From Microthyrium microscopicum (taxonomy: Eukaryota): a DNA stretch of 64,000 nt. The position numbers and the translations under genes are program-made. Where the stretch lies: NCBI GenBank assembly GCA_010405405.1, contig MU004239.1, forward strand, positions 372,001-436,000, read 5' to 3'. A model generated the notes under the pieces. That model saw only the letters and a program-made list of their open reading frames with translations. It made no database searches and was not told the DNA's origin. This document shows positions 12,803 to 26,215 of the stretch, in pieces. Position 1 is the stretch's first letter, and each line of letters begins with the position of its first letter.

Positions 12803-13806
12803 ATGGCTGAGACAAGCAAGATCGAACTGTTTTACGACACGGTAAGACCCGTTTGACACTATGGACCACCGCCTGCAAGGCTGAGCTGATTTGCTTATGA
12901 TTGGTAGGTTAGTCCATATAGCTGGTATGCTTTGCATTATCTGCAGAAGAATCGGGAGGCTCTAAGCTCACATGGCATCAACATTGAGTGAGTATTCAGA
13001 AGCCGTCTCACACTTTCTGCTGATCATAACTGAACTATGATGTAGACTTACCCCAGTCTTTCTTGGAGGGATTATGCAAAAGTCTGGTCAGTTGTCGTCC
13101 TTGCAATTACACTGGAAGACTAGTACTAACAGTCACGATAGGCAATACACCCCCATGGAAGAATACAAACAAGGCAACTATGGGTACTATTGATAAAGCT
13201 AGAGCTCAAAAATATTTTGGACTTGAGTTTGGAACGCCTGACTTCTTTCCAGCATTCACTTTACTGGTAAGTCTGTAGCCAGCATAGTGGAGTTGACAGA
13301 TGGCCACCTGACATCGTTGATGGATCACGCAGTCGCTGTACTGATGTTGTGCTGATGGAATCCAGCCACAACGTAGCCTGACCTATATCAAAGACAAATA
13401 CCCACCAGCAAAGTTAGAAGAAGCCTCTGTTGAATGCTGGAAAATGATGTGGATGGAGAATAAAGACATCACGAAACCGGAACTCATGATTGAGTGCTTA
13501 GCTCGCCATTTTGATGAAGCAGATATTCGGGCCATTATGCAAGCTGCTAACTCGCCAGAGTATAAAAGCAAGTTGCTCGCGAGTACGGATCGGGCTCTTG
13601 AAACTGGAGCATATGGTTGTCCGTGGTTTGAAGTAACGAACCACAAAGGAGTAAAAGAACCATTCTTTGGAAGTGACAGGTCTGTCTTTTCACTTTTAGA
13701 CAGCTCACTGGCCCTGTACTAACGTACCCGTAGGTTTCATTACATGTGGGAATTCTTAGAGTTGCCGTGGCAAGATATTGCGATCATGCCAAAATCCAAG
13801 ATATAG
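12803..13806 (+). CDS. Glutathione S-transferase kappa (DSBA-like / HCCA isomerase family), C-terminal SKI
   Basis: Spliced FYDTVSPYSW, PVFLGGIM, GNTPPW, GAYGCPWF, PFFGSDRFHYM; ends PKSKI. Confidence 0.88.
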
Positions 13807-15993
13807 CAGGAATAGCCTGGTCGGGAATTAAAAATGGAATCCCAGTACGCCATTAAACGGAAACTAGTTCGTGAATCCCAAAAACGTGCTATTTTATAGT
13901 TCTCGCCGATACATTTCTCGCCTACTTACAGGGAACTCCACCGATTCAGTGACACCCGCTTCAGTGTAACACCTCGTTTCCCTGGGGTTCTGTTTCGATC
14001 ATCTTTCAGGAACGATTAAAGGAAAGGCTCATTGACTGTTCGGATCTTACCGTCGGGTGTCTCGGCAAGTCGCTAACGCTAAGTCTGGCTACATGTAAAA
14101 TGAGGCGAACATGAGGCATTTGATCACCAGGATATGCGTAGTACAAACATGTGGTGTGACATCGTCGATATACGGTAGGGCTAGTGGTTTTGTAAGAGGC
14201 AACATAGCCTCATGGTTTTGTAGTTGAAGTGTCTAGACTTTTTGCAAATGACGAGATCCAGACCTTATGGCAGAGTTTCTGTACATACAGCGATAGCGTA
14301 GCGTCTCTCACCTTGAGGTTACAGACAAGTAGACAAACAAACAAGCTACAAGGAACCTTAGCCACTTGAATTAGTACGCACTTAGCTTTCGTGGTGTCAC
14401 TTACTTCTACTGAGGCTTCGGGTAGGAATTTGGTATTCGTTTATCTTCCAAATAAGCAACAAGACGAATACAGAATCGGTCAATCCATGGCATAGATACA
14501 AGAGGATATCTTTTTCGAACACTTTTGCAGAAGCACATAATTCATCATGATCGACTATATTCCTACAGAGTGCTTGTGCCTTGATTGTTAGTACCAGCTA
14601 CTTCGGATGGCCATATAGTATAATTCAACCCAAGGCATTCTTCACTCTTCCCAGTCACCTCACCCTAAACAAACTAGACTACTACTTCCAGCCTTGACTA
14701 CAAGCCTTGTGAAGCCAGATCTAAGCTAAGACATCGTACAACGTTCCACAGCCAGCGGGAACTAGTCCGCATTTGCATGAAATCTGCCAGTGACAGCTGT
14801 CAAAGCGTGTCAAACTAACATCCAAAACTGACGTTGGTTAGGTCGGTGTATCGTTTGATGGTATTATTCGCTCGGGCAGAGAAAAGACCCGATCTCGCGC
14901 CCAAGAACGTGGTGGGGTCGGTGGGACAGTTCATAATGAGCCAGGTTGCTTCGGAGATTATTGCTGTGGTCAAGATAGGCTCTATCGTGGCTTTGAAACT
15001 TACCCAACAAGAGCATGAATATCGTCAAGATATTTAGTTTTCGCTTTTTCAATGCGATCTGACGTATGACTATCCCTTTTTATCTGTTTACTGCAATCCG
15101 TTCAGATATCTAGACTTCCCCTCATTGACTGCCTATTATCAAGCTTTGACCAAAACTGTAAGGCAGCACAGATCTATACCAACTTCAGTCGTCCCTGAAA
15201 TCTCCTGTGCCGTGGTGGGCTTAGTACAAGCAGTTAGGCTACAATACGATCATGGCAATACTCTGGTCGCTCTGGAGCAAACTTGTCAGAGCTGACTCAC
15301 GTTCCCAAGTGTACAAACCTCTCTGCTCGGCGATTCCTAGGACCAATGAAGCGAATCATGTGTGTTTGCTGGACCAAGTTACTTGAGCTACTTTGCTCCA
15401 GCCTGCTTTGGGAGAAAACGTCGTGAGGCCGGCCATCTTGTAGGCAATTCTCACTAAACCGCTTGCTAGGCTGTTACGTCTCTGAACCATGGTGTCCTAG
15501 AATTGTCCTCCCCCTTTTTAAATTGCCTTTCAATGTCGTCGTCATATGATGAAACAAGAGAAATACCACTCTGAATTCTTTTGCTATGGAAATTGGGGTA
15601 CTTCACACCCGCTGCCTAGTAAGCGGTTGACATCGGCGTCCAAGTTATGCTCTGATGCCTTGGCTATTACCCTCAATAAGCATCACTTGCTCATCATGCG
15701 CCGGCGGCTCATCGGCCAGCATCGATTAGAATAGATGCCAAGCTGATCATGTTCCCAGAGGTACGTGCCTCTACCAACCAGTGACTGTGGCTGGTGGGTA
15801 ACTTCTTCTCTCCATCTATTCACCTGTGAGCCGTGTGCAAGATCTTCCTTCGGGGAGGGAGCTCTGCATATAATTCACCCAGACAGCATCCATACTACTT
15901 TTCTACAGGTCGCTTCCCGTGGAACATTGCAGCAGAACAAGCGGTGAACTCTAGTATCCATAGTCAATCTTCAAGCCATCCTCTCCCATAGCG

Positions 15994-17418
15994 ATGAGTT
16001 CTTCAGATACCTTGCCTGCGGCTACCTGCGCTTCCCAATCTCCATCCGCTCCAATGAGTGGTGTTGATTCTCCTTCGTCCTCATCGCATCATTGGCTTGA
16101 TGGTCAATCAATGGGCCAGTTGGCCAGCAACCCATCCTTACTGTCCCAGACTACTTCAACATGCAGTCCGTACCACGGGGTAAGTGAACCCTTCTTGTCT
16201 GAGATGTTTGACCTTTTCTTTCTCACATCATTATCCCTAGGAACCTTACAGTAGTGGAATCGACGGGTGGTCATTGAGTGATTCAATCAACGAGCCTGAC
16301 GAATCATATCCTTTCGACACGGAGCTCAGAAGCATGTTCGCATATGAAGAAATTAGTTTCGACATGCCTGACAATATGGAAGCCACCGGTGCAGCGCCAC
16401 TGCCTGCCTTTCAAGAATCAATTGGATTCGGACTTGAGCGTATGCCCAATTACGACTTTGACAGTTTCACCCAGTCGCCTCCACCCGCATATTCGTCCTC
16501 GATACCTCTCCCAAGTGCATCTTATCACTGGGAAACTTCCTCTTCTCGTGGGGAAATCCAACCTCCCGGCTCACTTACCTCACCCGGATTCCTAGCTTCA
16601 AGCCCTTCCAGCCAGCACCATGTTAGTCGGACATTCAACAATGAAATACATAATCAGCAGCCTGGTGCCACAGATCAGCACTATAGTTCAACAATGTTTG
16701 CGTATTGTCCCCCGTTTACTCCGGCTTCAAATAACTTCGTGCCCGTACCAAGCGACCCATCCAGACATGGATATCAAGGACATAACTCTCAGGACTCGTT
16801 TCAATCGGACCTATCAAGCGCTTCCAGTGTCCGGGCAGACTTTCACAGCCCAAACTTACCATACTATGACGACCACCACCACCGCGAACCCTCCTATCCA
16901 ACCCCGCCTCCTCCATTACCATGCTACGAGCCACCTACATCTATTCCTACACCTGCGAGTACCAAAAATCCCAAGCCTGATACACCTGAACGCGACAGTA
17001 TCGATGAATTCATTCTCGCCTGGCGCTCCCAGGGCAAGACATACAAAGAGATCAAAGATCTCGGCAACCTCGACATCGCCGAGTCAACCCTTCGTGGACG
17101 ATATCGTACTCTCATCAAGCCCAAGAACCAGCGAGTGCGCAAGCCTGAATGGCAGCCAGTTGACGTAAGTAGCGACTCATCTCCGTCACTGCAATATCGC
17201 TGACCAGTGTCCAGATACAGCTTCTCAACGACGCCGTCGCCCAACAATGCAGGACCAACAATTGCACTACGCAAGGCGTACAAACGCTGGCACAGGTCAA
17301 CGGACTAAGCATACAATGGAAAGAAGTAGCGAGTTATATCCTCCAGCATGGAGGATCATATGCATTTGGCAATGCCACTTGCAAGAAGAAATGGCTTGCT
17401 GAGCATGGAATTTCATAA
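15994..17418 (+). CDS. Ser/Pro-rich protein with C-terminal Myb/HTH-like DNA-binding domains
   Basis: DEFILAWRSQGKTYKEIK...AESTLRGRYRTLIKPKNQRVRKPEW and WKEVASYILQHGGSYAFGNATCKKKW; introns at 16180-16240 and about 17165-17220. Confidence 0.75.
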
Positions 17419-17872
17419 CAGTCGGGGAGTTTGGCGTTTGGTGGACGGGTGTGTGATTTTTACCTGCGATATTTTCGGCTTGCTCAGTAAATTGAAAAGC
17501 AGCCACAAGCGATACCCCAGAATGGCATACAGAGGCGTTTGGATTTGGTGGGCTTTAAGGACGTGTCTCTCAGCGGCATGCTAATCATCAGACAGCAGAT
17601 CACGTTGGCTATCGACCTGCGAAGATGAAAAGCAGCGTATAATGTTGGATCTGGACATGCTGGAATCTGGGAAGACATTGTTATTGAATCAGGGGCGGAG
17701 AGTTGGGAGGAGAGAGAGAGTACGGCGCCGATCAGGGGCAAGTCTTGGCATCAAGATTTAGCTACCGGCTTTCTCCGGTTACCTCATTTTATCATCTATC
17801 ATTTGGTGGAGAGACCAAGATCATTTTAGCATTGCATCGAATATCAGAAACTTAAATTGTCCAAGTAGGCAC

Positions 17873-19033
17873 ATGCAAAGAATGGTGCTAGGCCTTCAAA
17901 CCACCCTTCCAGCGCTGGTAGACGCCCAATACAGCCTGGCAAAGTCTTCGAAGTCTCTGATATATACCTCGAGTGAGCTGACCACCATTAAAAGCAGCTC
18001 CAATGCGCCTGTATTTCTATCCATGACATTTGAGGTCTTGCTATTTGTTGACTTGCCTAGTTTCAACTCCGCTTTTGCCCATCTCTCGCCAAAAAACCTA
18101 CTGCCCAAGACAAGCCCAAAGGGTAAGATACTCCCGTCAAGAGCATCCACCAAATTCCAATCCGTCTCCGTTCGCTATCCAGTACTGTAGCAAATTCGTG
18201 ACCAAGAAATGCAATAGTAGTTCTTAGAGTTTTAGCCCATATCATGCACCAACTCTCCTACTGCATGGAATATACCATAGCACTCTATGGCGACAATGAC
18301 ACTAACACAATGCAGACCAAAGCCAGACCCTTTTGAGAAACCCACAGGCGATCTATTCATAGCAAACATTCCCCCAGCACATCTCTTGGTCCTCAACAAA
18401 TTCCCCATCATCGACCGGCACTTTATCCTCGCCACACGCGCATTCAAGGCTCAGACTGATCCACTGGAGGCAGACGATTTGACAGCAACATACGCCTGTT
18501 TACAAGAATGGGAAGCCCAGAACTCTTCCAATGGGAGGTTATTTGCATTCTTCAACTCTGGCCCACATAGTGGTGCCAGCCAGCCGCATCGCCATGTGCA
18601 ATTTCTTCCTGTTGAAGACATCGCGGATGATGATGCCAACTTCCAGCTATTGATCGACTCGGAATCCAATTTGGCTGTCCTCCCATTCAAATCGATTCGT
18701 GCAGACATCCCGCCAGAATCTGCGGAAAATGGACTTCATCCACTTTACTTACGCTTACTCGCTCAATGTCGCGACTCCTGGACTGGCGAGACAGAGGCTT
18801 TTAGCTATAACATGGGGTTGACATTGCACCATATCGTTCTCGTTCCGCGTACTGCGGAGGGTATGACGGTGCGCAAAGAAGATGGGTCGGAAGTCTGCTT
18901 CGTAGGCTTCAATGGGACGTTGTTGGCAGGTAGCCTGATGGTTAAAAGACAAGAGGAGTGGGATTATCTGCGGCAGCGGCCGGAGGCTTTGGACGAAGTG
19001 CTGAACAGCATTGGCATACCAAATAACAAATAA
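17873..19033 (+). CDS. APA2: Ap4A phosphorylase / ATP adenylyltransferase
   Basis: LVLNKFP, FFNSGPHSGASQPHRHVQF (HIT-like HxHxQ), NGTLLAGSLMVK; two introns. Confidence 0.9.
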
Positions 19034-19294
19034 GGAGAACTTGTTCTTGGACCAACGGAGTATGCCTTGTCTTTATCGATCTGGAAATTCTGGGCAGGCC
19101 ACAGTGGTGTGAACACACCGGGGTGAAATCCTACAAGGCGGACGAGGCTGAGTCGATTACCTCCACCACTCTCCCATCGACTGTGTAGAAGGTCTATATA
19201 GCAAGTCTTTCCTTGCCATGATAATAGTGCTAGTCACTGAACATCATTGAAAATACACATTCATCGAAACTACTCCAACCATTCCGAATACACC

Positions 19295-19654
19295 ATGAAC
19301 GGTCTCACTTTCCCAGCCTCTGTCAGTCTACGAAAGCATGCTGCGTGTCCGCGTTCCCCATCAAAGCAATCAAATGATAATGAGAAGGTCGTTAATTGCA
19401 CACAAACAAGCTCCACCTACACAGACACTTCATCGACCAAAGCAAGCTTCCCTGCAACTACTATCAGTCTACGCGAGCGCATCAAGGACTTCTTCACCAA
19501 CCACAAGGTTCGGTGGAGCAGATCAGAGCAGTGGGAAACCTCACTCTATGAGGATATCGATCGTTGTCCACCGAATTACAATGGACATCAAGATGCTAAG
19601 ATGATAACAGGTGTAGAGGCGTACAGAGACATGTCTACGTCTTCTACAGCATAA
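19295..19654 (+). CDS. Small hypothetical protein
   Basis: CACCATG context, TATA-like CTATATA about 100 nt upstream, 119-aa ORF; no recognisable domain. Confidence 0.4.
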   Translation: MNGLTFPASVSLRKHAACPRSPSKQSNDNEKVVNCTQTSSTYTDTSSTKASFPATTISLRERIKDFFTNHKVRWSRSEQWETSLYEDIDRCPPNYNGHQDAKMITGVEAYRDMSTSSTA

Positions 19655-19922
19655 AATGGAGGGAGGCAGTGCCTATAGACAATTAAGGATGTTCCATGTT
19701 CAAGTCTAGTACGACCTCTTCATCGATTTCATCCAATAATCACTTCGTCACTTTAAGCAATCTTTGAAGTCAGATATGTCAATTGGGTCGAAAATGCTGA
19801 AGCCGCCTCAACAGCCCCTTCCATAGCCCCCTTGAGACTGACGTCTGATCAAGAATCTGAAAATCATTGTGAAGAAGTGCCAAATATTGACCTTCTCCGA
19901 AACCTGACAACCCCTTACTATT

Positions 19923-20880
19923 ATGGCGTCCGTCGCGCGCGCCCTCCCAGCTCAAAGCTCCCCACTGTCGCTCTACTCCTCAACTTTAAGACCACAGCCT
20001 TCTCAATTTCTGCAAGCTGCGAGACATCAGACCTCGTTCTGGCGGCATGCCCAGACTCACTCATTCCACACCCCGAAGACAGCAATATACGTGTCAAACG
20101 GAGCTCAAGCAGCGCATACACGGCATACACAACAGCTGCATTCGCAATGGAGGACACAAAGATGGCAAATAATAACGGCGCAACGACGTCACTTCTCCCG
20201 AACCGTACCAAGCAGACGAGACCACCACTTCGACACTCTCAAGTTCGTCCAACGCCTCAAAGAAGAAGGTTTCACCGAAGACCAAGCAGTCGCCATGATG
20301 AAAGTCCTCGGCGACGTTATCGAAGAAAGGTACCTCCCTTTCCCAACCACCCTATCTCCCCCTTCTCATCCTTCTAGAACTAACAACAAGCCACACATAG
20401 CATCCTAAACCTCACGCGCACCATGGTCCTCCGCGAAGATCAAGAAAAAGCAACATATACGCAAAAAGTCGACTTTGCTAAACTACGCTCCGAACTCCTG
20501 ACGGCCGATAGTACGGAATCACAACTCACACGCGCCTCGCACGATCGACTAAGCAACGAGATTGCAAAACTGAACGGACGGCTACGAGACGAGGTGCAGC
20601 GTACGCTGGCGTCGGTACGGCTGGACTTGAATTTGGAGAAGGGGAGGATACGCGAGGAGGCGAATGCGCAGGAGATGAAGATTAAGGAGACGGAGACGCG
20701 GATTGAGCAGGAAGTTGCTGTGCTGCGTGAGCGGTTGGAGACGGTCAAGTTTTCTACTTTGCAGTGGTTGATGTGAGTACTGAAAAATGTGATTAGAGAT
20801 GTTGATACTAATGGGTTTATAGTGGTGTTTGCACGGGTACGGCGGCGCTGATATTGGCGGCGTGGAGGTTGTTGATGTGA
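19923..20880 (+). CDS. Mitochondrial DUF1640 / CCDC90-MCUR1 family protein (Fmp32-like)
   Basis: Presequence-like N-terminus, HHFDTLKFVQRLKEEGFTEDQA, coiled coil VRLDLNLEKGRIREE, C-terminal TM; two introns. Confidence 0.88.
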
Positions 20881-22542
20881 TGATTAGTAAAATGGTTTTC
20901 TGGGATTTGTATTCTGGTTCAATAGCATAGCGTGCGCGAGGATATTATATGGAATATGATACTGGCATTCTAGTATACAAATAAATTTATAGCTTTATTG
21001 ACAGCTCTTGATATCCCATATTTGGCCAAATCAGCAACCACTGCTGGCTTATGAAGACACCATACATCAGTTCTTGTACCATTCCCGTTTATAAATCGAT
21101 AAAACCTAGTCTAGCATATGGTAGACTTAGGCAAAACAGACTACAACCACAATTCATGTAGACAAAAAATCGCCATCATCAACCATCTGCCTCACATGGC
21201 AGACAGTTGTACAACACACATGTTACAGCGTGAGTGACGACATACTTGTGTACTGAACAAACCACAGCGCATGGTCTATGTACCTTGGGTTGCCTTGACT
21301 TCATGTTGCCTGGCATTTACGATAGGATCAAGCAACCAACCGCATCAATGCTTTGGATAGGGCAGGGGTCGATTGGGTAGAGGGATGTTGGCAATGGGGC
21401 TGTGTCTGATAGACTGGCTGGGTTGAAGTAGCTGGGCCTAATCTCATTATCTTAAGAAGACCCTTGGAGGACCCTTGGGAGGACCTTTGGGGTCAAGATG
21501 AGTGTGAGGTGGTAAAAGTGATGCTAGAGGAATTGGAGACCTAAGTCGTGGCTGTCAGAACCACGAGGTAAGTTATACTAGTAAATGCTATGCCAACGAG
21601 CTTGCAAACGGACCGGACGCGTAGATTGGCAGTATAACAACATAATAGGCTGTAGAGCCAGTCAGGTAGCGTATTGAGCTCCATAGGCAGGGCAAATGAG
21701 ACAGTAGTGGGGATAATTCTGGTTGGAAGATGCGAGAGATTCACGTTAGCAGTGCAGGTACTTGGAAGCGATTGAAGAATCACGCGATGGGTCTGGTCAA
21801 CTGATGTTGAGGTTTTGGGGCGTTCGAGGGGCCATGAATATATGGCATTCAAGTCGTGAATCGATTTATAGAATCGATTATGATCTGAACGACTTTGTGT
21901 ATGAGAGAGACAGTCTTGAAGTCTTAGAAATGAAGTTGAAGAAAAGCATGCCACAAATAGCCTGATCGGGAAGTGCATGTGGGAGAAGACAAAGAGGCAT
22001 CTACCTGTATCAAGCAAGATCTTGGGCAACAATTGAGGCAAGAACGATGCAGGCTCTTGCATTAGTTAGGTGTATGCAAGCGTTGGATGTGCTTGCCATA
22101 CTTGGAGTCGCTCTTTCCATGCTAAACTAGGCTTGTCAGGCTACACTGCCATTTTCGTCGACTTTTTGAAGGTAAAGGTAAATGGAGGGAAAGAGCAGCT
22201 GGGTTTAATTGGGCAGTAACCAATCGCCAGTTGTCAAGGGAAAGTTCCAAAGCAAAGGAAGGAGCAGTGCACGGCCCGCCCCAAACAACTCTTTTACTCT
22301 TCGGCCTCTGCCAGACTGCCTTGACTGCCAGTTTAGCTGGTCTCCACCTTTTGGCTTTTGCTGTGACCACAGACCACAGACCACTCACCCCATCCATCTC
22401 TGCCTTTAACGTTCTCTCGCCCACACCAACTTCATCCATCTTCCAACAACAATCTGCTACCACTACTATCTCCTCCCAACAATCCTTCGACACACAACAT
22501 CATCCCTCTACCATCCCCATCAACTCTCTTCCATCATCCACC

Positions 22543-23892
22543 ATGACTGCTCCTACAGAAGTAAGTGCCCACGCTGCCCTGATGCCCGCTATCCGCCCAA
22601 TCCCACCTCCTCGTCATGCGCGATAGCCCCTCTGTCGTTTTCTTCATCTTGCTTCTTCGTGTCCAGATTGCTAACTACTGTTCTCCTGCAGCGCGAGAGG
22701 TACGCTATAATGCTTGCACGCATTTTTCATGGCCTTTATTAACCAATTCAACAGCAAGACTTTCCTCGCTCGCTTGTGCGAGCAGGCTGAGCGCTACGAT
22801 GGTAAGCTTGAACACGCGCACATGGTACCAACACATTGACTAACCTCTTTTCCCTGTAGAAATGGTTACATACATGAAGGTTAGTTTGTCATTCCATCTT
22901 TGATTCTGATTTCGATTCTAACTCTCTATAGGAAGTTGCTGAGGTATGCACGCCCGACCCAATCGAACCCCTGACGACGTAACCCCTCTCAATCGTCCAT
23001 CGCATTCTAACTTTGATACCCAGCTTGGTGGCGAGTTGACCGTTGATGAGCGCAATCTTCTTTCTGTCGCCTACAAGAATGTTGTTGGCACCCGTCGTGC
23101 TTCCTGGCGCATAATTTCCTCCATTGAACAAAAGGAGGAGTCCAAAGGCACCGACAAGCATGTCACTACTATCCGCGACTACCGTCAAAAGATCGAGTCT
23201 GAGCTCGAGAACGTTTGCCAAGATGTTCTCAACGTTCTCGACAACTCTCTCATTCCCAAGGCCGAATCCGGTGAATCAAAGGTGTTCTACCACAAGATGT
23301 ATGCAAATTCGTTTCCGATTCTGTTTCTTTCTTGCATCTAACCACGTTTCATTATAGGAAGGGTGACTATCATCGCTACCTCGCTGAATTTGCTTCCGGT
23401 GATAAGCGTAAGGGCGCTGCTACCGCTGCTCATGAGGCCTACAAGGTACGTTTGTTTTGTATAACTTAAGGGCTCTAGCTTATCAAGTTCTAGAGCGCCA
23501 CCGATGTTGCTCAAACCGAGCTTACACCAACTCACCCAATTCGCCTGGGTCTTGCCCTGAACTTCTCGGTCTTCTACTATGAGATTCTCAACTCGCCCGA
23601 TCGTGCGTGCCATCTTGCCAAGCAAGCTTTCGACGACGCCATTGCTGAGCTTGATTCTCTATCTGAGGAGTCATATCGCGATAGCACCCTTATCATGCAA
23701 CTTCTCCGTGACAACCTCACTCTCTGGACCTCATCAGACGGCAACGATGCCGAGGCTGCTCCAGCTGAAGGAGCCAAGGAAGGCGAGAAGCCTACTGAGG
23801 CTGCCGAAGCTCCAGCTGCAGGTTCGTCTACAGCAGAAGTGCCAGCAGTCCCAAAAACCGAAGAGGCCCCTGAAGCGCCAGCCGCCACTTAA
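22543..23892 (+). CDS. 14-3-3 protein
   Basis: [80 protein letters not shown]; multiple micro-exons. Confidence 0.96.
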
Positions 23893-25189
23893 TTGCTCAT
23901 TAATGACAATTGTGACTGGGCAAAATCGCTTTGAGGTTCTCCTTGTTTCAGGGGTATTCGAGAGGCGTTGTCCAGGCACGAACGAAATCCCAAAAGAGAG
24001 GTGTAGTCGGGGTATTGGTCTTGAAGATTGCGAGTATTATCACCGGCCTGTCTACTTTTAGCTTCACCATGTTGTCTTGTCCACGATAGCAGAAAATGAT
24101 TATTTTGGTCTACCAACTGGGCGACCGGTCAACTCAACTAATCGAAAAAAACCACAATATTTTCGGATCCTCGTCATTTTCCCTTATATCCCCGACGAAG
24201 CATTCTCTTTACTGCTTTACACTCCGTCAAGACACGATAGGCTCTGGGAACAATGGTCGTTTGCTCTGGATTTTTGGGGCTTGCTGCATGTTTTTGCCTT
24301 GTGCTTTTTTGTGTCTTTTGTTATCCCCCTCAGTTGCACGGTTTTTGCTTTTTTGTTTTTCTATTTACACATCCCCAGCACCCTTGTCTCGCCTGTCGCG
24401 GACAATGACAGATCGGCTTAGTTAGAGGTTGGATTGGCATATATCCTTGAGTAAGGCGAGGATGAGCTACCAGAAGGTGGCTTCTTTCTTGTCATGAGTT
24501 ACTCGGATGTTTGTTGGTTCTGCCATTTTCAGGTCAAGCACAAACCCAAAAATCAATAACATACTTCAAAAAATTGTTGGTGCTGGTGCTGGTATCAATT
24601 TGTGAATTCGGCGTGATTTTGGAGAGTCGTTTTAGATCTCTGGGGTGTATTTTTCTAAAATGGCGCTTCAAGGAATTGCATTCCTTCTTCTTGTCTTGCA
24701 AGACACCCTGAGACTGTCAAGCGAGCTTCAATTATCAATGGTATCAATAGTATCAATGAGTCTTTTACATCGCAATCTGAAGTTGTCTTGAGAGGGACAA
24801 AAGTGGTATCATATCAGCACCAACTTCTGCATTAAAACCACCAAATCTTAACACACTCAACCCACTTCTTCTGCTATCAATAGCCCAGAAGTCGATCTAC
24901 ATTCTGGGGCAATTCAAAGCAACACACTTATTTTTCGCACCTATTCTAACTTCGAATTCACCCTGTCTTAGACTCTCTTGACTCTCAATACAACATTGAA
25001 GTCCAGCGCAGGGGAGGATGTCACGTGACTATCCCCACTACATATCTGACGTTCGGAAAATCATATCTCCAGCGTCCGAAAATCTCCTCGCTTGCCAAGC
25101 CTTCCACACTCCATCTTGGAAATTCGCAAGCCAACGACCACTGTACCAACCAAACCACCAAAACCTTCACAGAGCATCGAAACGTCAAG

Positions 25190-26013
25190 ATGCCGAAGGA
25201 AGTCAAGCAAAAGTCAGGCCGTATGTTATCCCCAATTGCTTTTAGCTTGCTCAGTCCGCTCCCACCTCGCCTAGCTCACTGCAGCAGTCGAGGATGGTTC
25301 ACAGTGGTGGCAGTCTCCAAAAGTTCTCAATGCTAATATTTCACACAGTTATCCTAGGTCTCAACCGCGGACAGTAAGACTCCCCGATTCCCTCGTTGCG
25401 CTTGCCTATAGAATGTGTGTTGGAGGGTTAGGTCATCAAGATGGAGAACAGCGAGAGTTGGATGTGGTCGCGAAGAAGACAGAGATATGAGATTTGTTAC
25501 GCGAGAATATGGCTAATGCGTCGGCACCAACAGCAAAGTCACTCCCTACCAGCCAAAGACAAAGATCTCCCGCGTATGTCCTGCCTCTGCAATACTCACA
25601 AGCGGAAGACTGACCACAAAATAGTCCAAGGGCCGCATCAGCAAGCGCACTGCTTTCACTCGTGGTATGCCACTATCGCCGATCATTTCTCCTCGAACGG
25701 AAAACTAATGATGCAAAGAAATCGTCCGCGAAGTCTGTGGTCTTGCCCCATATGGTACAATATATCCAGGAAATCGCTTCAAATCCAAGCTAACCCGTTC
25801 CAAGAGCGCCGTGTGATCGAATTGCTTCGCAACAGCAAGGACAAGCGTGCCCGTAAGCTCGCAAAGAAGAGAGTACGATGACACCTATTGGACCCAACAC
25901 ACTTCTCCAGCAAGACTAACACTTCATAGCTCGGTTCTTTCGGTCGTGCGAAGAGAAAGGTGGACGAGATGACCAAGATCATCACAGACTCGAGACGGGC
26001 TGGTCAACACTAG
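25190..26013 (+). CDS. RPL36: 60S ribosomal protein L36 (eL36)
   Basis: Spliced GLNRGHKVT...KGRISKRTAF...[46 protein letters not shown]; six introns. Confidence 0.93.
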
Positions 26014-26215
26014 AAGCTGGGTGGGAACATAGGGTTGCTTTCGTTGCAAACAAACACATGAATATCCAAAAGAAATTCCAGCGATGCATCGGCAACGGTG
26101 AGCTTTGTTTCGTCGTTTCTGCTATCCCGGTGCAATTATGGTGTCCTGGCTCAGGCTTGTAGTCTACAAATGAATGATTTCACCCATTTCGCGTTCAAAT
26201 AATTGCAATTGTTTT

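Noticed and set aside
21459..21492. Three short GACCCTTGGAG-like direct repeats
   Set aside because: Degenerate tandem repeat without spacers; not CRISPR (eukaryotic DNA) and no evident function.
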